Shown here: piece by piece, positions 19,482-29,249 of the stretch | How the letters are laid out: every line of letters starts with the position of its first letter | How positions within the stretch are numbered: the stretch's first letter is position 1 | Assembly: GCA_041658325.1 (NCBI GenBank) | Contig: JBBAAI010000001.1 | Location: forward strand, 154,869-218,868 | DNA from: Minisyncoccota bacterium | GTDB taxonomy: Bacteria > Patescibacteriota > Minisyncoccia > Phycocordibacterales > UBA9973 | DNA: 64,000 bases | Direction of reading: 5' to 3' | Made by a program: the position numbers and the translations under genes | The notes under the pieces: model-generated | Told to the model about the DNA's origin: nothing | Databases searched by the model: none | What the model saw: the letters and a program-made list of their open reading frames with translations, nothing else

Positions 19482-19957
19482 TGAAAAAACAAACGAATAT
19501 TTTAATATTGCATGATATCCGAAGTGTGGAGAACGTCGGGGCGATATTTCGTACAGCCGACGCGGCGGGGATAGATAAGATTTATTTGACTGGTTACACT
19601 CCAGCGCCGCTTGATAGATTTGGTAGAAAAAGAAAAGATTTAGCAAAGTCTGCGCTCGGGGCAGAGGAGTTTGTCCCATGGGAACAAAAGAAAAATATAT
19701 TAACCCTGCTCTCAAAATTAAAACGAGAAAAATATAAAATTATTGCGATAGAGCAAGATAAAAATTCAGTTGATTACAAGAAAGTAAAAACAGGGGAGAG
19801 AAATGCTTTCATTGTTGGTACTGAAGTTTCTGGCATTCCTAAAAATATTCTCAAAAAGTGCGATATAATCGCCGAAATCCCAATGCGAGGTAAAAAAGAA
19901 TCCTTAAATGTCTCTGTCGCCACTGGAATAGTTTTATTTAGAGTGCTTGGTGTGTAG
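19481..19957 (+). CDS. SpoU/TrmH family RNA 2'-O-methyltransferase
   Basis: SPOUT fold motifs VENVGAIFRTADAAG and IVGTEVSGIP; start overlaps uvrC stop (taATG). Confidence 0.7.
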   Translation: MKKQTNILILHDIRSVENVGAIFRTADAAGIDKIYLTGYTPAPLDRFGRKRKDLAKSALGAEEFVPWEQKKNILTLLSKLKREKYKIIAIEQDKNSVDYKKVKTGERNAFIVGTEVSGIPKNILKKCDIIAEIPMRGKKESLNVSVATGIVLFRVLGV

Positions 19958-20792
19958 AACAAAAATGCGCGCTGCGAGAATTGAGAATGATTCTTTTTAT
20001 TATTCCTTTGCAGCCTTTCTTTCTACATTTTTCTCCTGTGCGGCGGTAAGCTTCGTGGTGTAGTTGGAATTTTCCGGGTAAACCATAAATATTTTTGTAA
20101 TCCGACATTGAGTCCCCACCGAAATCTATGCCTTTCTTTAGTGTTTCTTTTATTGCTTTATATATTAATTTTAATTCCTCATTTTTAATTCGAGAGACTT
20201 TCCTCTCCGGATGCACACCAGCGCGCCAAAGAACTTCATCGGAATAAATATTGCCTATGCCGGCAATAATACCTTGATCCATTAAAACGGTTTTAATTTT
20301 GCCGTTTGGTTTTTTATTTAAGCATTCTTTTAGTTTTTCTAAAGTGAATTTCTTATCTAGCGGTTCGGGGCCAACAGTATTTAAATGTTTGCTGTCATGA
20401 GCAATTTTGGTGTCTAGTAAGATAACTTTTCCAAATTTTCTTATATCTGAAAGCACTAAGTAATTTTTATTTGATAGAGAAAAGACAACATGAGCATATT
20501 TAATTTTTGGGTCTTTGCCGTAAAAGAGGTAGCCAGTCATTTTTAGGTGTACTAGGATTGTCTTATCCTCAGAAAGGTTTATTAAAATATTTTTTGCTCG
20601 CCTTTCTGCTGAAATTATTTTTCTATTTAAAACTTGTTTTTTAAATATAGGAAAATATTTTGGGTCAGCGATGGTGCCCTTTTTTCGCTTATCCTTGGTG
20701 GATAAATCGGTCCAAACGTCTTTTATAGTAAGGTTCACCACGGTTTTCCGCAGGCCACGTACAGTTGTCTCTACCTCAGGTAACTCTGGCAT
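19938..20792 (-). CDS. fpg: formamidopyrimidine-DNA glycosylase
   Basis: MPELPEVETT catalytic N-terminus; C-terminal zinc finger CRKKGCKG...C. Confidence 0.85.
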   Translation of the reverse strand: MPELPEVETTVRGLRKTVVNLTIKDVWTDLSTKDKRKKGTIADPKYFPIFKKQVLNRKIISAERRAKNILINLSEDKTILVHLKMTGYLFYGKDPKIKYAHVVFSLSNKNYLVLSDIRKFGKVILLDTKIAHDSKHLNTVGPEPLDKKFTLEKLKECLNKKPNGKIKTVLMDQGIIAGIGNIYSDEVLWRAGVHPERKVSRIKNEELKLIYKAIKETLKKGIDFGGDSMSDYKNIYGLPGKFQLHHEAYRRTGEKCRKKGCKGIIKRIILNSRSAHFCSTHQAL

Positions 20793-20806
20793 GCTATTAT
20801 CATACT

Positions 20807-21640
20807 ATGAGAAGAATATTATTAACATTTTTAATTTTTGGTCTTTTTTTAACGCCAGTGTTTTTTGTACGCGCGGCAGAGCCGATCAAAATTCTCTTAG
20901 TTCCAGGGCACGATAATGAGATTTGGGGCGCGCAATATGGAAATATTAAAGAGGCGAACATGAACCTTGCTTTAGCTACTAGAATTTATAATCTTTTGAA
21001 GAAAGATAAACGGTTTGTAATATATATTACTCGAGATGAAAATGGATACACGAAAGAGTTTGCAGATTATTTTGCTAATCATCGGGAAGCTATTTTAGCT
21101 TTTAAAGAAAATGCTAAAAAGGAAATGCAAAGTAAAATTACTAATAGTATTTTTGTTCAAAAAGAAAATGTTTTTCACAATACTGTTTCAGAAAATACTG
21201 CGATAATTTTATACGGAATCAATAAATGGGCAAATGAGAATAAAATGGATGCAGTTATTCATATTCATTTTAATGATTATCCTAGGGCGCAAAAATGGAC
21301 GGTGGGGAAATATAAAGGTTTTGCTATTTATATGCCAGACGGACAGCTGGCAAATTGGAAAGAGAGTGGACAGCTTGCCGCAGATATTTTTACTCAGTTA
21401 AGAAAAAAATATATTGCTAGTACTTATGAAAAAGAATTAGGTGGATTAGTTTCAGACCAAAAACTAATAGCCTTAGGTTCTAATGGGACACTTCTTTCTA
21501 GTGTTCGTTCTGTTTTAATAGAGTATAAATATGTTTATGAAAAAATATTACGAACCAAAGCTACTCGCTTAAAGGCGTATGACAATATGGCCAGTCTTAC
21601 TGTACAGGGAATAAAGAATTATTTTTCCCCTCGGCCGTAG
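20807..21640 (+). CDS. secreted N-acetylmuramoyl-L-alanine amidase-like protein (Amidase_3-like)
   Basis: Signal peptide MRRILLTFLIFGLFLTPVFFVRAAEP; LLVPGHDNE and IHIHFNDYP resemble Amidase_3 metal-binding motifs. Start taken at 20807 to avoid overlap with fpg. Confidence 0.45.
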   Translation: MRRILLTFLIFGLFLTPVFFVRAAEPIKILLVPGHDNEIWGAQYGNIKEANMNLALATRIYNLLKKDKRFVIYITRDENGYTKEFADYFANHREAILAFKENAKKEMQSKITNSIFVQKENVFHNTVSENTAIILYGINKWANENKMDAVIHIHFNDYPRAQKWTVGKYKGFAIYMPDGQLANWKESGQLAADIFTQLRKKYIASTYEKELGGLVSDQKLIALGSNGTLLSSVRSVLIEYKYVYEKILRTKATRLKAYDNMASLTVQGIKNYFSPRP

Positions 21641-21669
21641 AACGACCACGGGTGAGGCAAGAAATAATA

Positions 21670-22236
21670 TTATTTTCCTCCTAATTTTTTTAATGCTTCA
21701 CGGATTTTAGTATTGGTATTCGTTTCAGGAGAGATGTTTTTTAACGCTTCACGGGCTTCGCTTTGAGAATAACCAAGCGATTTTAAAGCTTCTAGAGCAT
21801 CTAACTCTCCCTGCAAAGAATCGTCTTCTTTTTCTTTACCTATTTTGTCGCGTAATTCAATTATAATTTTTTCTGCAGTTTTCTTTCCAATACCAGATAT
21901 TTTTGTAAGATAACTTATGTCACCTGTTCCGACAGCTTTCTTTAATGTTTTGATCGAAGCAACTCCTAAAATTGACAGAGCTCCTTTTGGTCCAATGCCA
22001 GATACATTAATAAGCATCTCAAAAAATTCTAGTTCCGAGTGGTCTAAAAATCCATATAAATCAAAAGCGTCTTCGCGAACGTGTGTATAAATCCAAAGCG
22101 ATATTTTATCATCTGCTTTTTGGGTTTTGGACAACACATCAGGGGAGACATTTATTTTATATCCCACTCCACCAGTTTCAACAATCAGAAACTTTTCTGT
22201 TTTTAACGTTATTATTCCTTTTATACTACCAATCAT
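21670..22236 (-). CDS. ruvA: Holliday junction DNA helicase RuvA
   Basis: MIGSIKGIITLK...VETGGVGYKINVS OB-fold N-terminus; HhH motifs GIGPKGALSIL / GIGKKTAEKI. Confidence 0.85.
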   Translation of the reverse strand: MIGSIKGIITLKTEKFLIVETGGVGYKINVSPDVLSKTQKADDKISLWIYTHVREDAFDLYGFLDHSELEFFEMLINVSGIGPKGALSILGVASIKTLKKAVGTGDISYLTKISGIGKKTAEKIIIELRDKIGKEKEDDSLQGELDALEALKSLGYSQSEAREALKNISPETNTNTKIREALKKLGGK

Positions 22237-22311
22237 AAATTAATCATAGCATATTTGTCTTATCACGACAGGGATTGCGTTTTTCTGTTTTTTCTGTTAA
22301 ATTGAACATAT

Positions 22312-22563
22312 ATGCCAATAACACAATCAGCTAAAAAAGCAATCCGAGGATCACTTCGCAAGAAGGCTTTTAATGATCAACGCAAGAAGATTATGAAAGA
22401 GATAATAAAAAAGATTGAAAAAATTGCCAAGACGGACAAGGCAGAAGCAATCAAAATGCTCTCAACTGCTTTTCAGGCGATAGATAAAAGCGCTCAAAAA
22501 GGGGTAATCAAGAAAAACAACGCTGCTCGTAAGAAAGCTAGACTTTCAAGGTTGGTTAAATAA
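22312..22563 (+). CDS. rpsT: 30S ribosomal protein S20
   Basis: 83 aa basic; MPITQSAKKAIRGSLRKKAFN typical S20 start. Confidence 0.8.
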   Translation: MPITQSAKKAIRGSLRKKAFNDQRKKIMKEIIKKIEKIAKTDKAEAIKMLSTAFQAIDKSAQKGVIKKNNAARKKARLSRLVK

Positions 22564-22579
22564 TTTTAATTAAATTTTC

Positions 22580-22843
22580 ATGAATAATCTTTTAGAATTT
22601 TATGGAACAGAATGTCCTCATTGTGTGAGTATGCACGAGCTGGTGGAGCGTTTAGAAAAAGAAGAAGGAATAAAAATTGAAAGTTTGGAAGTTTGGCACA
22701 ATAAAGAGAATGAAAAGCGTTTACTTGAATTAGACAAAGATTTTTGTGGAGGAGTGCCTTTTTTCTATAATTTGAAAACTAACAAATGGATTTGCGGAGA
22801 AGAAAGCTATGAGAATTTAAAAAACTGGGCGCAAAATAAATAA
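22580..22843 (+). CDS. small glutaredoxin/thioredoxin-like protein
   Basis: 87 aa with CPHC redox motif near the N-terminus. Confidence 0.55.
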   Translation: MNNLLEFYGTECPHCVSMHELVERLEKEEGIKIESLEVWHNKENEKRLLELDKDFCGGVPFFYNLKTNKWICGEESYENLKNWAQNK

Positions 22844-22847
22844 AACA

Positions 22848-22877
22848 AAAAAAGCCCCTCTCGGGGCTTTTTTTGTT
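22848..22877. terminator. bidirectional intrinsic terminator between convergent genes
   Basis: aaaaaaagcccc tctc ggggcttttttt. Confidence 0.75.
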
Positions 22878-22886
22878 TAGAGAATA

Positions 22887-23084
22887 TTACGCACGTTGTA
22901 CGTTTGTAGCATTCAATCCTTTTGGTGATTCCTCTGTTTCAAAAGAAACAGTATCACCTTCTTTGAGCTCATCAAAGGTTACTCCAACAAGAGAATTACT
23001 ATGAAAGAATAAATCTTTCTGTAGTCCTTCTGCTGTGATGAAGCCGAAACCTTTATCAGTGAGTCTTTTTATTGTACCAGTCAT
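22887..23084 (-). CDS. cold-shock protein (CspA family)
   Basis: 65 aa; GTIKRLTDKGFGFI RNP1-like motif. Confidence 0.85.
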   Translation of the reverse strand: MTGTIKRLTDKGFGFITAEGLQKDLFFHSNSLVGVTFDELKEGDTVSFETEESPKGLNATNVQRA

Positions 23085-23239
23085 TGATTTTTTTGTTTAA
23101 GTTATTAAATTACAAATAAGATTACTTTAGAAATCGACTCTTTTCGCACCTACTTTGTATATCAAGTATAGTATATTGTGGTCGATTTGTCAAGCAAGCA
23201 CACAACGACCTTTCTATTTTAACGCAAATAGGCTAATCT

Positions 23240-24751
23240 GTGTTGATGTCTAAGGAAGCAAAAGGAATAAGAAAAAACCCAAAAACAAAAGAAACAATAG
23301 TTAGATTTGATAAAGTCTCATTTGAATGGGGCGTAAATAAACCTATTTTAGACGAGGTAAGTTTTACTATTAGACGAGGAATGAAATTCACTTTAATGGG
23401 ACAAAACGGTGCTGGAAAAAGTACTATTTTTGGCTTGATTTCTAATACATGTTTTCCTGAATCTGGAATTATTAATATTGTTAATGGGGTTAGCATCGCT
23501 TCGGCATTACAAGTAATTCCACGTGACCAGCTAAACTTAACTGTGCGAGAATTTTTTGCAAAATGTTTTAAACATAAGGTTTATGATATTGATCCTAAAA
23601 TTGATGATGTTTTAGAAGTAGTGAATTTAAAGGGGCATACAAAAGTCCACGATAAAGTAATTAAAACTTTTTCTGGAGGACAACAAGCTCGACTGCTCCT
23701 CGCTTCAGCTTTAATTCAAGATCCAGATTTATTATTATTAGACGAGCCAACAAACAATCTGGATAGGGCAGGGATAGAGCACTTAACAAAATTTTTAATT
23801 AATTATAAAAAAACAGTTTTGGTTATTTCTCATGATGCAGAATTTTTGAACGCTTTTACTGAAGGAGTGCTTTATTTAGATGTTTATACAAAAAAGATTG
23901 AACAATATGTTGGAAATTATTTTGATGTAGTAAAAGATATTACTGCTCGGGTGGAAAAGGAAAATATGAAAAATGCTCAGTTACAAAAAGAAATTCAAGC
24001 CAAAAAAGATCAAGCCAATGTATTCGCCTATAAGGGTGGAAGGTTGCGACTAGTCGCAAAACGAATGCGAGAAAAAGCAGAAGAACTAGAAGAAGAAATT
24101 GTGGATGTGCGGAAAGAAGATAAATCTATTGGGCCTTTTATTATTCCCAGTCAGCCTGATTTAATTGGAGAAATTTTAAATATTTCTTCTTTTACAACGA
24201 TGAAGAATGGAAAAATTATAAAACATAAAGCTAAAATATCTTTAAATAAAAATAAACATTTACTTTTACGAGGGCCAAATGGCGTCGGTAAAACCACTTT
24301 ATTGGAGAGATTAGCTAGTGGCCATGCAGATGGAGAAAAAGTGTCCGAGGGAATACGTATTGGATATTATCGGCAAGATTTTTCTACTCTTAATTTTGAA
24401 GATACGGTTTACCAATCTTTAGCACAATCGATGAAAGATGGCGGAGAAAGATTAGATGAAGAAAAAATGCGTTCTATTGCTGCTGGATTTTTAATTACAG
24501 GAGAATTTATTCGTACAAAAATAGGAGATCTTTCAGAAGGGCAAAAAGGCCTAGTTGCCTTTGCGAGATTGGTTTTACAAAAACCAGGACTTTTAATATT
24601 AGACGAACCGACTAATCATATAAATTTTCGTCATTTGCCAATTGTCGCGCAAGCGCTAGATAAATATGTTGGGGCGATGATTCTTGTTTCTCACGTGCCA
24701 GAATTTGTAAAACAAATTAGGATTGATGAAGTATTGGATCTAGAAAAGTAA
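23240..24751 (+). CDS. ABC-F family ATPase (tandem ABC domains, no TMD)
   Basis: Two Walker A motifs (GQNGAGKST, GPNGVGKTT), two LSGGQ-like signatures, linker between. Confidence 0.8.
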   Translation: MLMSKEAKGIRKNPKTKETIVRFDKVSFEWGVNKPILDEVSFTIRRGMKFTLMGQNGAGKSTIFGLISNTCFPESGIINIVNGVSIASALQVIPRDQLNLTVREFFAKCFKHKVYDIDPKIDDVLEVVNLKGHTKVHDKVIKTFSGGQQARLLLASALIQDPDLLLLDEPTNNLDRAGIEHLTKFLINYKKTVLVISHDAEFLNAFTEGVLYLDVYTKKIEQYVGNYFDVVKDITARVEKENMKNAQLQKEIQAKKDQANVFAYKGGRLRLVAKRMREKAEELEEEIVDVRKEDKSIGPFIIPSQPDLIGEILNISSFTTMKNGKIIKHKAKISLNKNKHLLLRGPNGVGKTTLLERLASGHADGEKVSEGIRIGYYRQDFSTLNFEDTVYQSLAQSMKDGGERLDEEKMRSIAAGFLITGEFIRTKIGDLSEGQKGLVAFARLVLQKPGLLILDEPTNHINFRHLPIVAQALDKYVGAMILVSHVPEFVKQIRIDEVLDLEK

Positions 24752-25397
24752 CCAACTCTTCACCTTTTATTTCTCTTAAGCCACCTGGTTTCAAAGTACC
24801 GAGTTTTATATTCATTATTCTTTCTCGTTTTAGGTCGGCGATTTTTTGGAAGAGGGCAGAGCACATTCTACGGATTTGGTGTTTTTTCCCTTCAATTAAA
24901 GTTACCTTAAAAGAATTCTCGTTTAAAATTTTTACTTTGCATGGTTTAGTTTGATATCCTTCAATGTTTACTCCGGCTTCCATTTTCTTTTTAAAACTAG
25001 AACGTAGCTTGTTAGAGGTTCTGACAATATATTCCTTTTCGTGAAAATATTTTGGGTTTAATATCTGGTCTGTAATTCGTCCATCATTAGTTAATATTAA
25101 AAGCCCATGAGAATTTTTATCTAATCGTCCCAGTGGGAAAAGGTCTTCTCGTGGAGAATTTGTTTCAATTCCGATTGGTTTATTGTAAGCAAAATATTTA
25201 TAATCTTTTTCTTTTGCTCCTTTTATTTCTACAATATCTTTTTCACTTACCTTGCTACCAAGAATTGCTAATTTCCCATTAATAAATACCTTTTTGTTTG
25301 TAATTAATTCGTCAGCTCCTCTTCTGGTAGATATTTTCTTAAAGGCAAGATATTTATTAATTCGCATTGGGAATAATGTTGTTGGGTTTTCTTTCAT
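24717..25397 (-). CDS. pseudouridine synthase, RsuA/RluB family
   Basis: S4 domain N-terminus (MRINKYLA) and catalytic GRLDKNSHGLLILTNDG motif. Confidence 0.75.
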   Translation of the reverse strand: MKENPTTLFPMRINKYLAFKKISTRRGADELITNKKVFINGKLAILGSKVSEKDIVEIKGAKEKDYKYFAYNKPIGIETNSPREDLFPLGRLDKNSHGLLILTNDGRITDQILNPKYFHEKEYIVRTSNKLRSSFKKKMEAGVNIEGYQTKPCKVKILNENSFKVTLIEGKKHQIRRMCSALFQKIADLKRERIMNIKLGTLKPGGLREIKGEELVTFLDPILHQS

Positions 25398-25469
25398 AAC
25401 ATTAATATAACATAAAAAGGACTCCAGCCTGCGCCAAAGTCCTTTTTATTATTAATTTATAATTTTATT

Positions 25470-27320
25470 TTATTTTATTGTAGTGGTAGTGGTTTTTTTG
25501 CTAAAAGGTTGGCCAGGTTGACCGAAAAGATATTTAGCAATAAGCACTAATACTAGAATGAGAATAAGCAATAGAAGCCATCCGAAAAGATTTGTCGGAA
25601 GAAAACCAGCCCAGAAGACATTCGCCCCAAGGGAGATTTTGTCATTTGCTGGATCGCTCCAAACTTGTGCGGAGACGTTGGCGTTTACTGATTGAACTTG
25701 ACCAGAAGGATCGATGTAAGAGAGAGTAGCAGGGAAGTTTAAGTTTGTTCCAGCTGGAATATTTTCTCTTACTCGTACTCTCACAGTAACTGTACCTTGG
25801 CCATTTGCTCTAAGTGTTCCTAGATTAAAGACTAAAGTATTGCCAGAAATAATTGGATTGCTTGGAGTTGAGAACATATAATCTACTTCATAAGGAAGAT
25901 TCATTCTCAAAGTAAGTCCAGTTATAGAAGCAGTTCCTATGTTTTGGTAATTTACTGTGTAATTGATTTCATCTCCTGGGCGTGGTCTGGTGTTGTCGAT
26001 TGTAGGAACAATTGGTTGATTGCGATCAATAGAAGAATTGATAAGGACAAGCGAGGTTGGAATAACGGGGTTTGTGTTACTTGCTCCTCGTACATTTATG
26101 GTTACCGAATCAGTATCAGATCCAAAAGCATTGCTACAGGTAATATTATAAGTTCTACTTCCTGTTAATGATCCAGTGTAAAAAGATCCAGGGCCAATAC
26201 TTCTAGTTCCTACCCATCCATTTGATCCACCACTAGCATAACAAGATGTTGCGTTCGTAGTAATCCATCTTATCGTAGCTGCTCCGTTATAAGGAACGCT
26301 CGCTTGATCTGCGTAGAGTACAACTGTAGGTAAATTATTTACAGTATTATATCTACAAGGTAACGTACCTCCATAGTTAATAGCATTTACATCTTGGCAA
26401 ATATTATTTATTTGATTTACATACACTGTCGCTGAAGCATTAGCGGACTGCCCAGTACTGTTCGTACAAGTGACACTATAGTTGGTTGTATATGTTGGAT
26501 AAACTGTTTGAGATCCAGAAGTTGAGTTACTTCCACCCCATGAAGTCGAACAAGATGTTGCATTAGCTGAAGACCAGTTTAAAACTGAACTTTGACCAGA
26601 GGTAATACTTGTTGGATTAGAGTAAAGGAAGACGGTGGGTTGTGCGCTTTGATATCTACAAGGTAACGTACCTCCATAGTTAATAGCATTTACATCTTGG
26701 CAAATATTATTTATTTGATTTACATACACTGTCGCTGAAGCATTAGCGGACTGCCCAGTACTGTTCGTACAAGTGACACTATAGTTGGTTGTATATGTTG
26801 GATAAACTGTTTGAGATCCAGAAGTTGAGTTACTTCCACCCCATGAAGTCGAACAAGATGTTGCATTAGCTGAAGACCAGTTTAAAACTGAACTTTGACC
26901 AGAGGTAATACTTGTTGGATTGGCAGTAAGAGAAACAGTAGGAGTAGCTTGCTGACAAGCAGGCATAGTAAGACTTCTGATATTTAAAGCTTCTGTTCCA
27001 TAGTCGTTTGTAACTATAAGTCTGTAGTAGTATGTGGTGCTTTCAGAAAGACCAGAGATGTATTGTTCAATAGGAAAAGTTCCTTCTGTAGTAAAATACT
27101 GCATCGGAGTTGGAGTTCCTCCACCGTTTGCTACAGTATTATATGACGTATCATATTTAAATTGGGCTCTCGCTGGAGGAGTACCAGTAAAAACCGTACC
27201 AGTAATGGTAACACTATTACAGGTCAACGCAGATGCCGGAGTGGCAACAGCGAAAGAACCTAAGAGGGTAAAAATACCCAACATTAACCCGACCAAAAAT
27301 TTTATATTATTATTTTTCAT
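25470..27320 (-). CDS. large surface protein with signal peptide, Thr/Ser/Asn-rich tandem Ig-like repeats and C-terminal TM anchor
   Basis: Signal peptide MKNNNIKFLVGLMLGIFTLLGSFAVATPASA; C-terminal hydrophobic LLLLILILVLVLIA; internal perfect duplication of about 96 aa. Confidence 0.6.
   Translation of the reverse strand: MKNNNIKFLVGLMLGIFTLLGSFAVATPASALTCNSVTITGTVFTGTPPARAQFKYDTSYNTVANGGGTPTPMQYFTTEGTFPIEQYISGLSESTTYYYRLIVTNDYGTEALNIRSLTMPACQQATPTVSLTANPTSITSGQSSVLNWSSANATSCSTSWGGSNSTSGSQTVYPTYTTNYSVTCTNSTGQSANASATVYVNQINNICQDVNAINYGGTLPCRYQSAQPTVFLYSNPTSITSGQSSVLNWSSANATSCSTSWGGSNSTSGSQTVYPTYTTNYSVTCTNSTGQSANASATVYVNQINNICQDVNAINYGGTLPCRYNTVNNLPTVVLYADQASVPYNGAATIRWITTNATSCYASGGSNGWVGTRSIGPGSFYTGSLTGSRTYNITCSNAFGSDTDSVTINVRGASNTNPVIPTSLVLINSSIDRNQPIVPTIDNTRPRPGDEINYTVNYQNIGTASITGLTLRMNLPYEVDYMFSTPSNPIISGNTLVFNLGTLRANGQGTVTVRVRVRENIPAGTNLNFPATLSYIDPSGQVQSVNANVSAQVWSDPANDKISLGANVFWAGFLPTNLFGWLLLLILILVLVLIAKYLFGQPGQPFSKKTTTTTIK
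26351..26931. repeat. 303-bp direct tandem duplication (2 copies, 278 bp identical per unit) inside surface protein gene
   Basis: Read directly: atctacaaggtaacgtacctcc...gttggatt occurs at 26351-26628 and 26654-26931 without mismatch. Confidence 0.9.
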
Positions 27321-27384
27321 ATTATTTTATTAATTAACCCACGCTTTTGGCGGGGCAAGTTATTAAAAGTGAAACTAATTTTTC

Positions 27385-27470
27385 ACTCTCTAAAGATATG
27401 ACGTAGAAACAATGTTTTTATTTCATAGCTTTAGAGAGTGGAGGAGGGGAGCAATGCTCTCCCTCCTCAC
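27385..27470. promoter_or_regulatory. two adjacent inverted repeats in the intergenic region between surface-protein genes (terminator/regulatory)
   Basis: cactctctaaag...ctttagagagtg (12-bp arms) and gaggaggggag caatg ctccctcctc (11-bp arms). Confidence 0.4.
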
Positions 27471-27480
27471 AACAGATGTC

Positions 27481-28296
27481 TCAGTAGTAATAACCGGTAT
27501 TTCCGCCGTATCCTCCGTTAGGAGGAACGTAGCCATTGGTGTACCCACCAGGGTTGTATCCAGTGGTGTATCCACCGGGGTTGTAACTGCCAGTGTATCC
27601 GCCTACAGTGTAACCGCCAGTGTATCCGCCCGGAGGTACCCCAGGACGAACATAAGGAGGCTGGACGTAATTGTTGTAGCTGTACCCTCCGCCTCCGCAT
27701 CCTCCGCCCAAAGAAATGGAGAGCGAAAAGGATTTTGTGGCTACTGGCGGAGGTGCATAAGCAACCTCGTTTCCATTGTGTCCGTTGTACCCATTGTACC
27801 CATTGTACCCATTGTACCCCGGGGGTCCTGGGTCGCCCTTTTCTCCTTTGTCGCCCTTTGGTCCTTGAGTAAGCTGTGTTTGGTTTACTGTTGGAACAGG
27901 GGCTTGAACCGATGCATGAGGATAGTGAACCTCATATACCGGGTTGCCGCATGCGTCGAGTGCATAGGGCTTCAAGGTTTTATCTCCGAGCACATCCCAC
28001 CGCAGAACTGCTCCGGTGAGCAGGATGACCCACTGCTTTCCGGCGGTGGTCAACATGTGGACCACCGCGTTGCTCTCCAGCGGGGCCGTGATCTTGTTGG
28101 TCCCGTTCACTGGATTGTTCTCCTTAAACCCAAAGTACTTGGGCTCATAGGGGGTAAAGTTTCCCGAGAGTAGGGCAGCGTCTGCCGCCTCGCTGGTCGG
28201 AAACAGGTTGGGTTTGCTTTGAGCGCTGGCTGGCGCGCTCATCAGGGTGGCGACAACCGCCACGAAAACCAACGACGCTACCAGTGCTTTTCTCAT
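27481..28296 (-). CDS. secreted collagen-like, Gly/Tyr-rich protein; GC-rich (compositionally foreign)
   Basis: Signal peptide MRKALVASLVFVAVVATLMSAPASA; GPKGDKGEKGDPGPPG collagen triplets; (YNG)4; GGYTGGYT-type C-terminus; much higher GC than flanks. Confidence 0.6.
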   Translation of the reverse strand: MRKALVASLVFVAVVATLMSAPASAQSKPNLFPTSEAADAALLSGNFTPYEPKYFGFKENNPVNGTNKITAPLESNAVVHMLTTAGKQWVILLTGAVLRWDVLGDKTLKPYALDACGNPVYEVHYPHASVQAPVPTVNQTQLTQGPKGDKGEKGDPGPPGYNGYNGYNGYNGHNGNEVAYAPPPVATKSFSLSISLGGGCGGGGYSYNNYVQPPYVRPGVPPGGYTGGYTVGGYTGSYNPGGYTTGYNPGGYTNGYVPPNGGYGGNTGYYY

Positions 28297-28446
28297 CTTA
28301 AGCCCTCCTCAGGCTATTATTACTACTTTTTTGGTGTGCGATGCGGAGAGAGTCTCCACATCTCTTTCGTCTAAGATTGTATCATACACCCATAATAATG
28401 TCAAGTGCTATGTAGACAAATAGTTTATGTGTGTTTTTATGAATTG

Positions 28447-28518
28447 TGCCTCCGGCAGGAATCGAACCTGCATCATAACTTCCGCAAAGTTACGTCCTAT
28501 CCATTGAACGACGAAGGC
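28447..28518 (-). tRNA. tRNA-Arg (anticodon read as GCG)
   Basis: Reverse complement folds as gccttcg acceptor, D-stem gttc/ggac, anticodon stem taact/agtta with loop ttGCGga, T-arm gcaggttcgattcctgc; no CCA. Anticodon assignment by hand. Confidence 0.6.
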
Positions 28519-28585
28519 AAAACAACTTATAATTGAAGATTATCAGTTTTTTAAAAAAAGTCTAATAAATTTTAAGTTAAACAAT

Positions 28586-29080
28586 CTAGAATCCTAAAAC
28601 TTCCATGATTTTTTCTGAAGGATGTTCTTTCATTTCAATCTCTGCAATATTTTTTGAAATCATTATTGAATGAATTTCCGTTGCGATAGTTTCGTCTATT
28701 GGGATTGAAAGTATTGGCATAAAGACTCTCTCTAAATTTATAAAAAGAGTTGGTTTTAGCTTAGTTTCTCCTGATGTGTCTAATTGAACCCAAAAAGATT
28801 TTATATTTTCATAAGGACAAAGACGATTTCTGATTTTTAGTCCCTTGGTGTTTAACTCATAGTTAACAATGTCTGGTTTTTTAATTGCAAAAAAGCCTAG
28901 CAAGACTCCCGAGAGTAAAAGAAGCGCTGCAAAAAAATAATTGGCAAAAATAATGGAAGCGATTGAGCTCGTAGCAACAATAATTCCAAGAGCCCAAAAC
29001 CAATCTTGGCTTCTTTCCTTTTCTTCGTATTCTAAAGCGGACCAAGACAATCGATTATTTGAGTTTTCGTTTACATTCAT
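28586..29080 (-). CDS. hypothetical membrane protein (2 TM)
   Basis: 164 aa; two hydrophobic helices near the N-terminus; no motif recognised. Confidence 0.4.
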   Translation of the reverse strand: MNVNENSNNRLSWSALEYEEKERSQDWFWALGIIVATSSIASIIFANYFFAALLLLSGVLLGFFAIKKPDIVNYELNTKGLKIRNRLCPYENIKSFWVQLDTSGETKLKPTLFINLERVFMPILSIPIDETIATEIHSIMISKNIAEIEMKEHPSEKIMEVLGF

Positions 29081-29156
29081 AAATTAATTATACCAAACTA
29101 TGCACAAAGATGTCTATGTAAAACAATATAATAAAACTTATAGTTTCGAAAATTTG

Positions 29157-29243
29157 CGGAGGCGGTGAGATTCGAACTCACGGACCCCGTAAAGAGTCTC
29201 TTGTTTTCAAGACAAGTGCCTTCAACCACTCAGCCACGCCTCC
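29157..29243 (-). tRNA. tRNA-Ser (anticodon TGA)
   Basis: Reverse complement: ggaggcg acceptor, gctgagtggttgaaggc D-arm, anticodon loop ctTGAaa, long variable arm, T-arm gtgagttcgaatctcac. Confidence 0.8.
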
Positions 29244-29249
29244 GTAAGA

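Noticed and set aside
27412-28173. 253-aa plus-strand ORF (and 60-aa ORF 27518..27700 minus) overlapping the collagen-like gene
   Set aside because: Antisense or alternative-frame ORFs are expected by chance in a GC-rich segment. Their products are low-complexity Val/Ser/Arg-rich with no start context. The minus-strand gene has signal peptide and coherent domain structure.
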